NCBI GenBank assembly: GCA_045568075.1
Contig: JBJLBP010000001.1
Coordinates: 330,001-362,000 of the forward strand
Reading direction: 5' to 3'
Origin: Candidatus Thalassarchaeaceae archaeon
Lineage (GTDB): Archaea > Thermoplasmatota > Poseidoniia > Poseidoniales > Thalassarchaeaceae
Length of the DNA stretch: 32,000 bases
The position numbers were made by a program, and so were the translations under genes. The notes under the pieces were generated by a model. It saw nothing but the letters and a program-made list of their open reading frames with translations. It had not been told where the DNA came from and searched no databases. Of this stretch, positions 1-9,483 are shown in pieces (position 1 is the stretch's first letter; each line of letters begins with the position of its first letter).

Positions 1-1482
1 CCAGCGCTGAACCCAGCGTCGATTTCAATCCCACTTGATGTCGAAATTCAATCGGACAGAGAGCGAAGACAACCCCGGAACACCGACGACGAAGGTTACC
101 TTCCCGAAGCAGCTCAACCTCACATTTGGGCCATCGAAAAGGACCAACTTTTGCGGACACATAGAGGTGCTGGACTACGACCGCGACTAGCCACTAGATG
201 GCCGGTCGTCGGTGGTCCAAACCGTGAGACCATCGATCCTCGCCCCCTCCGTCCTAAAGCAACAGGATCACAACCTTACAATTCTCGTCACGGCTATCTT
301 GAAGGAGCGGAGCAGTCAGTCGAAATTTGGTCTGCAAGTCGCCTCAAAGAGTGGGTCACCTGCCCGAGAAGGGGGTGGCTAAGCAGGGGATTGTCGGCCG
401 AGGAGGAAGAACGTCAGAGAGAGGACTTAGACTCACGAGCACAAGGAAATTTACTCCATGAAGTTCACCACCGGATCCTTGAACGCATCCTCGGAATTGA
501 ACAAGGAATCGAGCGCACAATTGACCAAATCCAGAAGGGGGAATTTCCTCAAAATATCACATCAAGCGGACTCTCGGACGCCGAATTACAATCGATTGCT
601 CTCGACGAATTATCCAACCTTGCACCTTGGTTGGAACGCACCGATGCGGTATCGAGCGCGAGGCTGAGATTGCTAACTGGATTCTCGCGCGCAGAGTGGT
701 TAGATTGGCTGAAGGATGGTTCTCCGATTAGTCCAACAGGACGAATCGGACGAATGGTTACTGCCGAATGTTCTCTAGAAGGAACGATTCCAATCGCGAC
801 GGAATGGGAGGCGCTGTCATTCAATTCGGCCGGGGTCGAGATTTCTATTCCTGCTAAGATCACAAGCCCTGGGAAGCAGAAATTGCCACCACTACGGCTT
901 CGTGGACAGATAGACAGAGTCGACTTGCTTCCATTCGACGCTGAAATGAAAGTCCTTGTCGACGAATCCGGCTCGAATAGCATCGCCCCATTGAGGCTCG
1001 CAGGCAGTGATTGGAAACCACGCCGTCTGATCATTATACGCGATATCAAAACAAGTGAGGGCGACCCTCTCAAACGCCACAAAGTAGGTTTGCTGGAGGA
1101 ATTACAACTCGCACTCTACGCCCGAGCTTGGGAGGTAGCCCATCCCGGAGACCTCGTTGTGGCCACAGGAATCAGCGTGATTGGCCACAACACCGACCAT
1201 TTACTCGAGGTTTCGAACCATCTGGCTACTAATTCAAAATCGAGGAACTTCGGCAATACGAAGAAGCAGCAGACACCCTCTCGATATCGCTTCCCAGACG
1301 AGGACGCAGAGAGCAAAAGCGATCCATTCCGGGCTTGGTTGGCTCAGAGACTATCCTCAGCCCTCGCGGCCGCAGCGAGAGCGGCCGAAGGTCGAGTTCA
1401 CCCAACACCGAGCAAGGATGCGTGCAAGTTCTGCCCGGTAACCTCGGTGTGCAATGTGAGACACAAGGGGGATGACCGATGA
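1..1482 (+). CDS. AddB/AdnA-like helicase-nuclease subunit, C-terminal PD-(D/E)XK nuclease domain with four-Cys (Fe-S type) staple; 5'-partial
   Basis: Frame 1 has no stop from nt 1, and the track ORF begins only at a TTG at 151, so the gene very likely continues upstream of the window. Motifs: WVTCPRRGW (Cys1, 361-363), HEVHHRIL, GQIDRVDLL, IIIRDIKTSEG (D...DxK), LQLALYARAW (QxxxY), CKFCPVTSVC (Cys2-4, 1423-1452). This is the AddB/Cas4-type nuclease layout. The stop overlaps the next start (ATGA at 1479-1482). Confidence 0.7.
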   Translation, partial: PALNPASISIPLDVEIQSDRERRQPRNTDDEGYLPEAAQPHIWAIEKDQLLRTHRGAGLRPRLATRWPVVGGPNRETIDPRPLRPKATGSQPYNSRHGYLEGAEQSVEIWSASRLKEWVTCPRRGWLSRGLSAEEEERQREDLDSRAQGNLLHEVHHRILERILGIEQGIERTIDQIQKGEFPQNITSSGLSDAELQSIALDELSNLAPWLERTDAVSSARLRLLTGFSRAEWLDWLKDGSPISPTGRIGRMVTAECSLEGTIPIATEWEALSFNSAGVEISIPAKITSPGKQKLPPLRLRGQIDRVDLLPFDAEMKVLVDESGSNSIAPLRLAGSDWKPRRLIIIRDIKTSEGDPLKRHKVGLLEELQLALYARAWEVAHPGDLVVATGISVIGHNTDHLLEVSNHLATNSKSRNFGNTKKQQTPSRYRFPDEDAESKSDPFRAWLAQRLSSALAAAARAAEGRVHPTPSKDACKFCPVTSVCNVRHKGDDR

Positions 1483-4400
1483 GCGAGGACTCAGATGAAA
1501 TCACGCTCAACACCGGCCAGCGGCTGGCGCTCAATCTCGATTCACATATTGTCATCGACGCAGGAGCGGGAACTGGAAAGACGATGACCATCGTCGAACG
1601 AGTAGTCCAACATTATCTCGAAGAAGATCAGCGGGCAACACGAATTCTCCCTCAGCCTGAGAGACCTCGCCGACTTGAAGGTGGCACAATTGTCTCACCA
1701 ATGGCGGAGCGCAAGGATTTGCGGGATTGGGGAGGATTGCTCCCTGGGGAGGTCGTTCTACTCACTTTCACCGTCGCAGCAGCCGATAAGATGCGTGACG
1801 AATTGAGGCAGAAAATCGCTCGTTTAGGAGTCGGTTCCTACGGTTCCTCGGGCGGCTATGATGCAGATCCACGAATCACCGACAAAGGCTTCCCCGAGCA
1901 GCTTCTGATGTTGGTTGAAGATGCTCCGATTGGCACAATCGACTCATTCTTCAATCAACTCGTTGCTCCATTCCGAAGTTTGCTGGGTGACGAATTAGGC
2001 GACGATGTGGTGACTGAATCTGATATTCTTCGCATCGTCGAACAGAGCATAAACACCCTCTGGCGCTTGCCCAATTCACCGAATCTCTACGGTGATGCGG
2101 TCGACGCAGGGATTCCAGTTGCAGATGTCGGTGCTGTCCTAGCAGCGCGCGACCGCATCTCTCAACATTATTCAGGCCGATACAAGGCAACGAAGATACT
2201 CAGTCCCTTGATATCGAAATCAATTTTCATTGCTGAAAGTGAACGGGGACTACTGGATGAAAATGAGAGAATTGACCCGGATCTTCTTCACGAGAGAATC
2301 ATGTCTTCGATTCGTACAGAAGATATCGACGAAGTTGTTTCAAATTTCCAATCAATCATTGAGGATTTCGTCGATGCCACTCGAACGAATTTGGCCGGCC
2401 TAACCCCTGGAGGTAAATGGGATCAAGGCACAAGAATCGATGTACTGGCAGCCCTTTCTGACTCAGGTCCTCCGACTGGAGATTGGCAACGTTTGATTTG
2501 GTTGAGCCGTGTATTACTTTGTATTACTGGCTCCCAATTACTACAGGATAAGGCGACTCTATTCCCTAGAAAGAAGTTGCCAAATAGTGACGAATGGAGC
2601 GCAGGAATTGCCTCGTATAGTGCTCTGAAGAATCCCTTCAAAGAGAACCTCAAGACCGTCTGGGAAGGATGCCACAATCGTGCCAAGGAAGTGATGAACT
2701 CACATGTGGGCAAACGCGTCCGTCACCACACTCGCCTCGCACTCATACTCGACCCACGAATTGGTTCAGGTATACCCCAAGGTGCGCCTCAGACGCTAGA
2801 ACATCTACCTGAGATATTGCCCGAGCGTCTGCCTCTTGGCCGACCACCGCAGGACTTTGCATTCGATTTGGCTTCTGAATCCCGCAACCTCGACGATATT
2901 CGTATTGTGCTGAAAGGATTGACGGGAATCGTCGATGTGCTGAAGGAGCGCGATGAGGTTCACGAGCATCGTGACATTGCATTGCTTGCGGGCGACTTAC
3001 TACTTGCTAACTGCCCGCGAGTCTGCCGTTTGTTCTATCCGCCAACTGTGATTGATGCACTCGATTCGTTAGATGAGATGACATGGCGTGACGATCATAT
3101 TCACCGAGCCTTCGCAGCCCTTGAAGCACTCGAAGAGAAGCCCAGCATGGCAGGTGAGGCAGCGGGACGGCTCAGCGAAATCAGAGCAGATCTTGAGCGC
3201 CGCCACTCTGATTTACGCAGTATCCGGCGACGTTATCGAGCCTTCATCATCGATGAGGCTCAGGACAATTCACCCCTACAATGGCGTATGCTATCTCGAC
3301 TCTGGGGGCCTAGGGAAATACGCTCAGGAGAGGTAGAGGAACCGGATACCGATTGGCAGCCAACAGTCTGTTATGTCGGCGATATGAAGCAGTCGATTTA
3401 CGCATTCCGTCAAGCCGAAGTTGCCGGATTCCGCCAATTCGCTGAGAGGTTGCGTGCCATCAATCGCCATGAATTTGACAACTTGAGTGAACTTACCCGT
3501 GAGCCAGTTCTACGGAGTGGAATCCAGAGTCGAGACCCGCGATTCTCTCATGAACGTCAGATTGTACGGGCTTCGCAATTGTTGGCAACCAACGCGCGCA
3601 ATCTCACTGGATGGGTGCATTTCGAGACGACCGAGGGAGCATCTTCCCTCACTCCAGAAGAGGTAGATGCTCGCAGAGATGGCCAAATTTCACTGACTAC
3701 GAATTACCGCACCGATGGTGATCTATTGGAGGTGATGAATGAGTGGTGGGAGGACCTATTCGGTGATCGCCATCGCTTCTTTCCCAACGCAGATTACTAC
3801 GCCTTGCCACAGCGTTTGCTTGCTTCCCCGAAGAAGGAGCACCGCCGTGGCGTCCTCGAATGGATTTGTCCAGTCAGAGACGATGGTGACGAGGATCCTC
3901 CTTCGGAATTGACCACGTACATCGATCCATTCGGCCCCGGTAAGCCGGACTCCTTTGAGCGCCAAGCGATGATGATTGCTGAGCGAATTCAGACATTGAC
4001 AGCGTGTAGAAACACCCGTGTCCGACACGCTTCCGGCGAATGGCTGGTGATCCCTTCAGCTGAAGAACCGATTCGGTACAGTGATGTCATGATTTTGATG
4101 GCAAGTCGCTCCAAGATTCGCGATGCTCTGATACGGCATCTCCGAGACCACAATATTCCAGTTCAAGCCGATCGTGAGGGCGGCTTGATGCGGCGACCTG
4201 TGGTAGCCGAACTCGATGGATTGCTACAATTCATCGCGCGACCGAGTAGTCGCTTCGCAGCAGCCTGGGTCGCGCGCTCCTCACTCATCGGAATGGATGA
4301 TGCAAGACTGCAAGCCTTCCTCTCGGCGGGAAGGAATGAGAATTTACTCGCGCGCTTGCTTGATTATTCAGCTTCAGAAAGGCAGCAGGCTTTGGTCCAA

Positions 4401-6527
4401 CGCTGGATTAATCTCTCAGCCGCTGGACGTCTTGTCGATTTGCTCGATGAAACCATCGATCAGTCAGACCTTCTCGTCGCTCATTGTGAAGAAGGAGCAA
4501 TCCAAGATGTCGAGAGATTCGTCAACGAAGTACGTTTGATTTCGAACTCCGTCGGCGGCGACCCTATCGTCATCGCCGACCGCCTACGTGACCTGCGGGA
4601 ACAGGACGGTCGCGCGCTTGAGGGCAAGAATACCCCTGAGCGCGACGCAGTCCAACTGATGTCTATCCACAATTCTAAGGGACTGGAGGCGAAGGTAGTT
4701 TTCGTCACTGATTTGTTTAGTAAAAAGCAGGTGACTCTGACCAATGAGGATCAATCAAGACTCATCGTCAACCCTGAATTCTTCGCGGGTCATCCAGCAC
4801 CTTGGCCTGGCAATAAGTACCCAGCATCCGCGATGTGGCAACACTCTCGAAGAATCGCTCTCAAACGGAAAAATGCTGAAGCTCGTCGTCTCCTATACGT
4901 CGCTGCAACGCGTGTTGAACAACACCTCGTCATCGTTGGCTCACCCGAGAAAACGGAGTGGATTGATGAGTCCGGATTGAAAATCGACTGGAAGTATTCC
5001 GAATCTCAAACAACGCTTGGCCAGATGTGGGCCGAATCGCTCAGGCAGGCTTCGCATCGTCGCGGCGAGACTTCGAATCAATCTCCATGGGTAGAAGCAG
5101 CGGACGATGGTCAGCCTCATCCACTCAACTCAGGAGCAGGGGCTGACCGATTCCTCAACCCCGGAAGTCTGCAACAAGATGGATGGCTACGTCCCCCCAA
5201 ATCGGGTCACCCAAAGCCTGGCATGAGAATTTACCATCATCCAGATTGCTTCCGAAGTGATGATTCGAAGGCGAATGTGCTTCACTCACCGCTCGTTCGT
5301 CAAACAATGCTCGATCAAGCCGTAAACGATTCTCGCTTAGCCCCGGTCGAATTGACTACGAGGATATCGACCGGTGCTCGCATCCGCCTCGCGCCGCACC
5401 GTCTCTCGAAGATTGATGCCTGCCCGCGCAGACATTGGTTCGAGACGCGCGGCGGCCTCAAACCTGACCCGATTTCTTCCACAGACCAACACGATGAGGA
5501 GGACGAACAAGATCCTCGTGCATCGAGGCTGATGGATGAGTCTGACGGCCCAACATTAGCCGAAACGGAGGGTGCTGCGAATCTACCTTCGCCGACCCAA
5601 TTGGGTCTCATAGTTCACAGGGTACTTGAGGTCGGCATAGGTAATCCTGGGCCAGATGGTGAGCAGCCTTCGATGGCCTTACCTGAAATTTGGTCGAATC
5701 CAGTTGAGAGCAGGCTGAGTGATAGCAACCTGCTCGCTGAGGTGTTCGCTGAGCTGATGCCACGCGGTGTCGACGAGGAGAAGACCGAGCAGGTAGTTTC
5801 GACGATGCTGCAACGCATCGAAGAGGGCCTCGTCGGACGTTTAACGCGCGCAGAAGTCATCGATGGCGAGCGAGTCGAAGGCCTGCGTACAGAATACCCA
5901 TTCACCATCTCCAATCCAGTTTCGTTCGAAACGGTTCCGAGAACCCGCTGGACTCCAGATGGAATCGAGCAATTGGCGGGCATCGAGAGAGCTAGTATCG
6001 ACATGGATGGTTCCATCGATCTGGCTCTCTGCTCATCGCACGAAGATGGGACTTCATCTATCAGGCCAATCGACCTGAAGACCGAACAGGCTGCGAGCAT
6101 CCTCGATGATTCGGGGTCACTTCTCGACGCTCTCGGTAACCACGCCACCGAACCTGCTAACGATGCTGAAATCGAGATGCTGCGCCACCACCGACTACAA
6201 TTGGCTCTGTACCACAGAGCGTTGGAGATGATGGAAGCGACGCGTCCTGAGGGGCAGCGTCGAAGGGTCGAGCGGCCAGCGATTCTTGTCGGTGTCACCG
6301 GCCGTCTCGTCATCTATCCGGTCGAGATGTTCGAACAAGCCCAAGCCCAGATAGACGATATTCTCGCAACGGCGGCGCGAATGGAACTCGCAACAGAACT
6401 TCCACTCGCCGATTTCCAGCGCCTCCCTCAATCGAAAGCCCACGTTTGCGCGATGTGCCCATTCAGCATGGGGGACTTGCCGATTTGCGGACCGCTGAGT
6501 GAAACCGAAGCGAGTATCGAGACCTGA
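1479..6527 (+). CDS. UvrD/AddA/RecB-like superfamily-1 helicase fused to a C-terminal PD-(D/E)XK nuclease with four-Cys cluster (1682 aa)
   Basis: Helicase motifs in order: I DAGAGTGKT (1563-1583), Ia LLTFTVAAADKMRDEL, Ib IGTIDSFFNQL, II FIIDEAQDNSP (DEAQD from 3252), III YVGDMKQSIYAFRQAE, IV LTTNYRTDG, V SIHNSKGLEAKVVFV, VI RRLLYVAATRVEQHLVIVG. Nuclease motifs: ACPRRHW (5421-5423), LIVHRVLE, GSIDLAL, IRPIDLKTEQ (DxK), LQLALYHRAL (QxxxY), CAMCPFSMGDLPIC (6447-6488). Confidence 0.85.
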   Translation: MSEDSDEITLNTGQRLALNLDSHIVIDAGAGTGKTMTIVERVVQHYLEEDQRATRILPQPERPRRLEGGTIVSPMAERKDLRDWGGLLPGEVVLLTFTVAAADKMRDELRQKIARLGVGSYGSSGGYDADPRITDKGFPEQLLMLVEDAPIGTIDSFFNQLVAPFRSLLGDELGDDVVTESDILRIVEQSINTLWRLPNSPNLYGDAVDAGIPVADVGAVLAARDRISQHYSGRYKATKILSPLISKSIFIAESERGLLDENERIDPDLLHERIMSSIRTEDIDEVVSNFQSIIEDFVDATRTNLAGLTPGGKWDQGTRIDVLAALSDSGPPTGDWQRLIWLSRVLLCITGSQLLQDKATLFPRKKLPNSDEWSAGIASYSALKNPFKENLKTVWEGCHNRAKEVMNSHVGKRVRHHTRLALILDPRIGSGIPQGAPQTLEHLPEILPERLPLGRPPQDFAFDLASESRNLDDIRIVLKGLTGIVDVLKERDEVHEHRDIALLAGDLLLANCPRVCRLFYPPTVIDALDSLDEMTWRDDHIHRAFAALEALEEKPSMAGEAAGRLSEIRADLERRHSDLRSIRRRYRAFIIDEAQDNSPLQWRMLSRLWGPREIRSGEVEEPDTDWQPTVCYVGDMKQSIYAFRQAEVAGFRQFAERLRAINRHEFDNLSELTREPVLRSGIQSRDPRFSHERQIVRASQLLATNARNLTGWVHFETTEGASSLTPEEVDARRDGQISLTTNYRTDGDLLEVMNEWWEDLFGDRHRFFPNADYYALPQRLLASPKKEHRRGVLEWICPVRDDGDEDPPSELTTYIDPFGPGKPDSFERQAMMIAERIQTLTACRNTRVRHASGEWLVIPSAEEPIRYSDVMILMASRSKIRDALIRHLRDHNIPVQADREGGLMRRPVVAELDGLLQFIARPSSRFAAAWVARSSLIGMDDARLQAFLSAGRNENLLARLLDYSASERQQALVQRWINLSAAGRLVDLLDETIDQSDLLVAHCEEGAIQDVERFVNEVRLISNSVGGDPIVIADRLRDLREQDGRALEGKNTPERDAVQLMSIHNSKGLEAKVVFVTDLFSKKQVTLTNEDQSRLIVNPEFFAGHPAPWPGNKYPASAMWQHSRRIALKRKNAEARRLLYVAATRVEQHLVIVGSPEKTEWIDESGLKIDWKYSESQTTLGQMWAESLRQASHRRGETSNQSPWVEAADDGQPHPLNSGAGADRFLNPGSLQQDGWLRPPKSGHPKPGMRIYHHPDCFRSDDSKANVLHSPLVRQTMLDQAVNDSRLAPVELTTRISTGARIRLAPHRLSKIDACPRRHWFETRGGLKPDPISSTDQHDEEDEQDPRASRLMDESDGPTLAETEGAANLPSPTQLGLIVHRVLEVGIGNPGPDGEQPSMALPEIWSNPVESRLSDSNLLAEVFAELMPRGVDEEKTEQVVSTMLQRIEEGLVGRLTRAEVIDGERVEGLRTEYPFTISNPVSFETVPRTRWTPDGIEQLAGIERASIDMDGSIDLALCSSHEDGTSSIRPIDLKTEQAASILDDSGSLLDALGNHATEPANDAEIEMLRHHRLQLALYHRALEMMEATRPEGQRRRVERPAILVGVTGRLVIYPVEMFEQAQAQIDDILATAARMELATELPLADFQRLPQSKAHVCAMCPFSMGDLPICGPLSETEASIET

Positions 6528-6587
6528 ACAAGCGTTGTGAAGCGACAGGGGGGAAGACTCCATTTGCCCAGTAGGGCAGCCGAAGCC

Positions 6588-8000
6588 ATGTCCGCCGACC
6601 TCGACAGCCTAGTTGAGAATGCAGAGAAGATTTGGGAGCAGTCGATCCTACCTAGTCTCGGGGAATTCATTGAGATCCACGCGCTCTCACCAGGATTTGA
6701 ACCAAATTGGGATGAATTGGGCGAGCTTCAAGCCACAATCGACCTCTTCACAGGTTGGCTAGATGAACAAGGCCTCGAAGGTATGAGTTACGAAACTCAT
6801 CGAATTGCAGAACATTCGCCGGTGCTGATGGTTACTATCGAAGGCACCGGTAGCGGCGAGGTTCTTTTCTACTCACATTTGGACAAACAACCGAGCCGAC
6901 CTCACCTTTGGTCAGAAGGATTGCACCCTCTGAAAGCGGTGCGTCGCGACCCATTCCTATTCGGACGCGGTTCAGTCGACGACGGCTATGGCGGGTACCT
7001 CTGCGTGACTGCGATTAGGTTGCTACAAGAGGCTGGAATACCGCACCCGAAGGCGACTTTCATCATCGAAACATGTGAGGAATCTGGTTCCTTCGATTTG
7101 CCACCCTACCTTGAGGCATTGACTGACGAACTCGGTTCGCCCGACCTCATAGTCGTGCTCGACAGCGGTGGCCCAACATACGATCACATATGGGTCACTG
7201 AGGCGCTGCGAGGTCTTGTAGCAGGCAACCTCAGAGTCAAGGTCTCGCACGAAGGAGTTCACTCAGGAATGTCTGGCGGAGCCATACCGTCTTCGTTCAG
7301 GATTCAGCGGATGTTACTTGACCGCGTTGAGGATAGCGAAACCGGTCGAGTGTTAATTCCAGAGATGCATGTCGATATCTCAGACAAGATTCAGGCTGAG
7401 GCTGCCGCACTCGGTGAGATACTCGGTGACGAACTTTGGAAGAGTCTACCAGTAGTTGATTCCCTAGAACCCCAAACACGCGGCGCCGACCAAATTCTGC
7501 TTGACATCAATTGGCGTCCAGCCCTCGGAATCATCGGCGCCGATGGCATGCCTCCAGTGCAGACTGCGGGTAACGTATTGCGAACTCACACCGACCTCAA
7601 ACTCAGCTTCCGCATCCCACCAGGAGTCAAGGCGGAAGAGGTACAGAAAATTGCCAAGAGTACTCTTGAGGCCAACCCTCCTTACGGCGCGGAAGTGACC
7701 TACTACGCAACAGAGCCTGCCGATGGATTCCATGCTCCACCTCTGCACGAAGGCGTTGCAGCAGCCCTAGACAGTGCCAGCCGATACCTCACTGGATTCC
7801 CACCGATGGCGACTTGGATAGGTGGAACAATTCCGTTCATGGCGATGATTCAGCAGAAATTCCCCGAGGCATCCTTCATCTGCACCGGATCGGCAGGTCC
7901 AGGGAATAATGCCCATGGACCTGACGAGAAACTCCACATCCCTCACTCAAAGCGGGTCAATGTAGCACTTGCAGCAGCAGTCGCAGCCCTTTGTGAGTGA
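6588..8000 (+). CDS. M20-family metallopeptidase (dipeptidase/deacylase-like)
   Basis: Motifs YSHLDKQP, GRGSVDDGYG and ETCEESGS (metal ligands/catalytic EE) plus NAHGPDE near the C-terminus. I prefer ATG 6588 (MSADLDSLVENAEKIW...) over the track's GTG 6537. Confidence 0.8.
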   Translation: MSADLDSLVENAEKIWEQSILPSLGEFIEIHALSPGFEPNWDELGELQATIDLFTGWLDEQGLEGMSYETHRIAEHSPVLMVTIEGTGSGEVLFYSHLDKQPSRPHLWSEGLHPLKAVRRDPFLFGRGSVDDGYGGYLCVTAIRLLQEAGIPHPKATFIIETCEESGSFDLPPYLEALTDELGSPDLIVVLDSGGPTYDHIWVTEALRGLVAGNLRVKVSHEGVHSGMSGGAIPSSFRIQRMLLDRVEDSETGRVLIPEMHVDISDKIQAEAAALGEILGDELWKSLPVVDSLEPQTRGADQILLDINWRPALGIIGADGMPPVQTAGNVLRTHTDLKLSFRIPPGVKAEEVQKIAKSTLEANPPYGAEVTYYATEPADGFHAPPLHEGVAAALDSASRYLTGFPPMATWIGGTIPFMAMIQQKFPEASFICTGSAGPGNNAHGPDEKLHIPHSKRVNVALAAAVAALCE

Positions 8001-8040
8001 TTTCTACGCCTCACCGAGGTAGACGTCGGGCATTCCAACC

Positions 8041-8066
8041 GCGGATTCGCAGAACATTCAATCCGC
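8041..8066 (+). other. Hairpin (GCGGATT / 12-nt loop / AATCCGC) downstream of the M20 gene; a second, mutually exclusive GC hairpin overlaps it (8063-8085)
   Basis: Perfect 7-bp inverted repeat read directly from the sequence. There is no T-tract, so its function is unknown. Confidence 0.25.
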
Positions 8067-8110
8067 CGCAGTTAAAGCGGGGCGGAGTCTCGAAGTAGCG
8101 AGGTGCGTCG

Positions 8111-8731
8111 ATGAGCGAAGAAGACTCCACTGTCTCCCCCGATCTACGAATCCGCCAATTGGAAGAGGATCTCCTCAAGGAGAAGGACCGCCTTGAGAAG
8201 CTCTACGCGGGTTACACAGCCCTCAAGGATGCGACCGATGAGAAGGACGCAACTATCGATGTCCTTGAGCGCCAGATGATCGACAAAGAGATCGAAATGG
8301 AGGGCATGCAGGAGCTCTTCTCAGAGAAGGATGTAAGAATCCGTGACCTCGAACTCGACGGTGCAAAGAACTCCCAGCGAGTCAAGCACCTCGAGCCAGA
8401 ACTCCAGAAGATGGAGGAGATGTATACTCGTGAATCAGCTCGTCTTGGCCGTGTTTTCGAGGTTGCTGAAGACCTCGATGAGGCACTACGCGTCGCCAAG
8501 GGCCAACTGAACGCTCGCGATGATTGGTATGCTCAACACATGAAACTCTTCGAGGATCTCAGTACAGCGATTCAGACCCGCTACGATATGATCGATTCCG
8601 CCATCGAGGCGATTCGCGAGCAGGAACTGAAGCAAGCAACCTTCCGCGAGCGCATGGATGAGGCTCTAGAAGCAGCAGGCGATGAGTTGACTGCTGATGA
8701 CGAGCCTGAGGAAGAAGTCGACGACGAGTGA
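8111..8731 (+). CDS. Hypothetical acidic coiled-coil protein (206 aa)
   Basis: GAGGTG Shine-Dalgarno 6 nt upstream of the ATG. The sequence is heptad-like and E/K/D/L-rich throughout, with an acidic tail (DDEPEEEVDDE). I recognise no family. Confidence 0.6.
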   Translation: MSEEDSTVSPDLRIRQLEEDLLKEKDRLEKLYAGYTALKDATDEKDATIDVLERQMIDKEIEMEGMQELFSEKDVRIRDLELDGAKNSQRVKHLEPELQKMEEMYTRESARLGRVFEVAEDLDEALRVAKGQLNARDDWYAQHMKLFEDLSTAIQTRYDMIDSAIEAIREQELKQATFRERMDEALEAAGDELTADDEPEEEVDDE

Positions 8732-8763
8732 ACCGTCTCGCAAGTTGAGTGATTATCTCAGAA

Positions 8764-9483
8764 TCATTCCGGTTTTGAACCGTCGGCGCGGCGAATGCAT
8801 TTTGCAGGAATGCCCCCCCATACTTCTCCTGCTGGGACCACTGTCCATTTTGGCAGTACAGCCATGGTGGCAATTACTGCTCCCTCTCCTATCTTACAAC
8901 CTGGTTGCACAGTCGACTTTGCTCCAATAAGAGCCCCATCGCCGATTACTACAGGAGCCATGACTAACTCACCTTTTTCAACAAGATGCGCATTGATTGT
9001 GCATGAACCTCCGAGAACAACATTATTCCCTATAATTACTGATTTGCAATCGTTAACATTCTCAGTGTTTAGTTGGCAACCCTTACCTATTTTCGCTCCA
9101 GAAAGTCTGTAGTACAATGTTCCAATGAATGAGGGGACTAGTTTTGGTAGGAAGAACAATGCAATACGATGGAAGAGCATTGAAAATGCCCACTGGATTG
9201 TAACAAACGATCTGAGCGGATACCTTCCTTCTCCAACTCGGGGGCCAGTCAAGCCACCTAGAACCCCTGATAACAAAACTAAGGTTACACCCCAAATCAT
9301 AACTCCAAATCCAAGGAGGATGCTTGTACCAAGAATTTCAATCCAGTAATCTTGCTCAGCAACTAATGGATGAAATTCAAGAAATATCCAGACTCCTGGT
9401 GTAGCAGCGATTCCCACAACAATTGCTAACATAGGGATGACTAGAGTAGTCAACAAATTCTGAACAAATTCAAACGATTTCAT
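8764..9483 (-). CDS. Membrane-anchored hexapeptide-repeat (left-handed beta-helix) acyltransferase-like protein
   Basis: About 4 hydrophobic helices at the N-terminus, then an LbH-type repeat run: GAKIGKGCQL...VIIGNNVVLGGSCTINAH...VVIGDGALIGAKSTVQPGCKIGEGAVIA. The start overlaps the upstream MFS stop (ATGA at 9480-9483). Confidence 0.7.
   Translation of the reverse strand: MKSFEFVQNLLTTLVIPMLAIVVGIAATPGVWIFLEFHPLVAEQDYWIEILGTSILLGFGVMIWGVTLVLLSGVLGGLTGPRVGEGRYPLRSFVTIQWAFSMLFHRIALFFLPKLVPSFIGTLYYRLSGAKIGKGCQLNTENVNDCKSVIIGNNVVLGGSCTINAHLVEKGELVMAPVVIGDGALIGAKSTVQPGCKIGEGAVIATMAVLPKWTVVPAGEVWGGIPAKCIRRADGSKPE

Noticed and set aside
5615-6313. 232-aa minus-strand ORF, and other 60-120-aa ORFs on both strands inside 1479-6527 and 151-1482
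   Set aside because: These are antisense or off-frame shadows within the helicase-nuclease genes. They are Ser/Arg-rich with no motifs, and the plus-strand frames carry ordered helicase and nuclease motifs.
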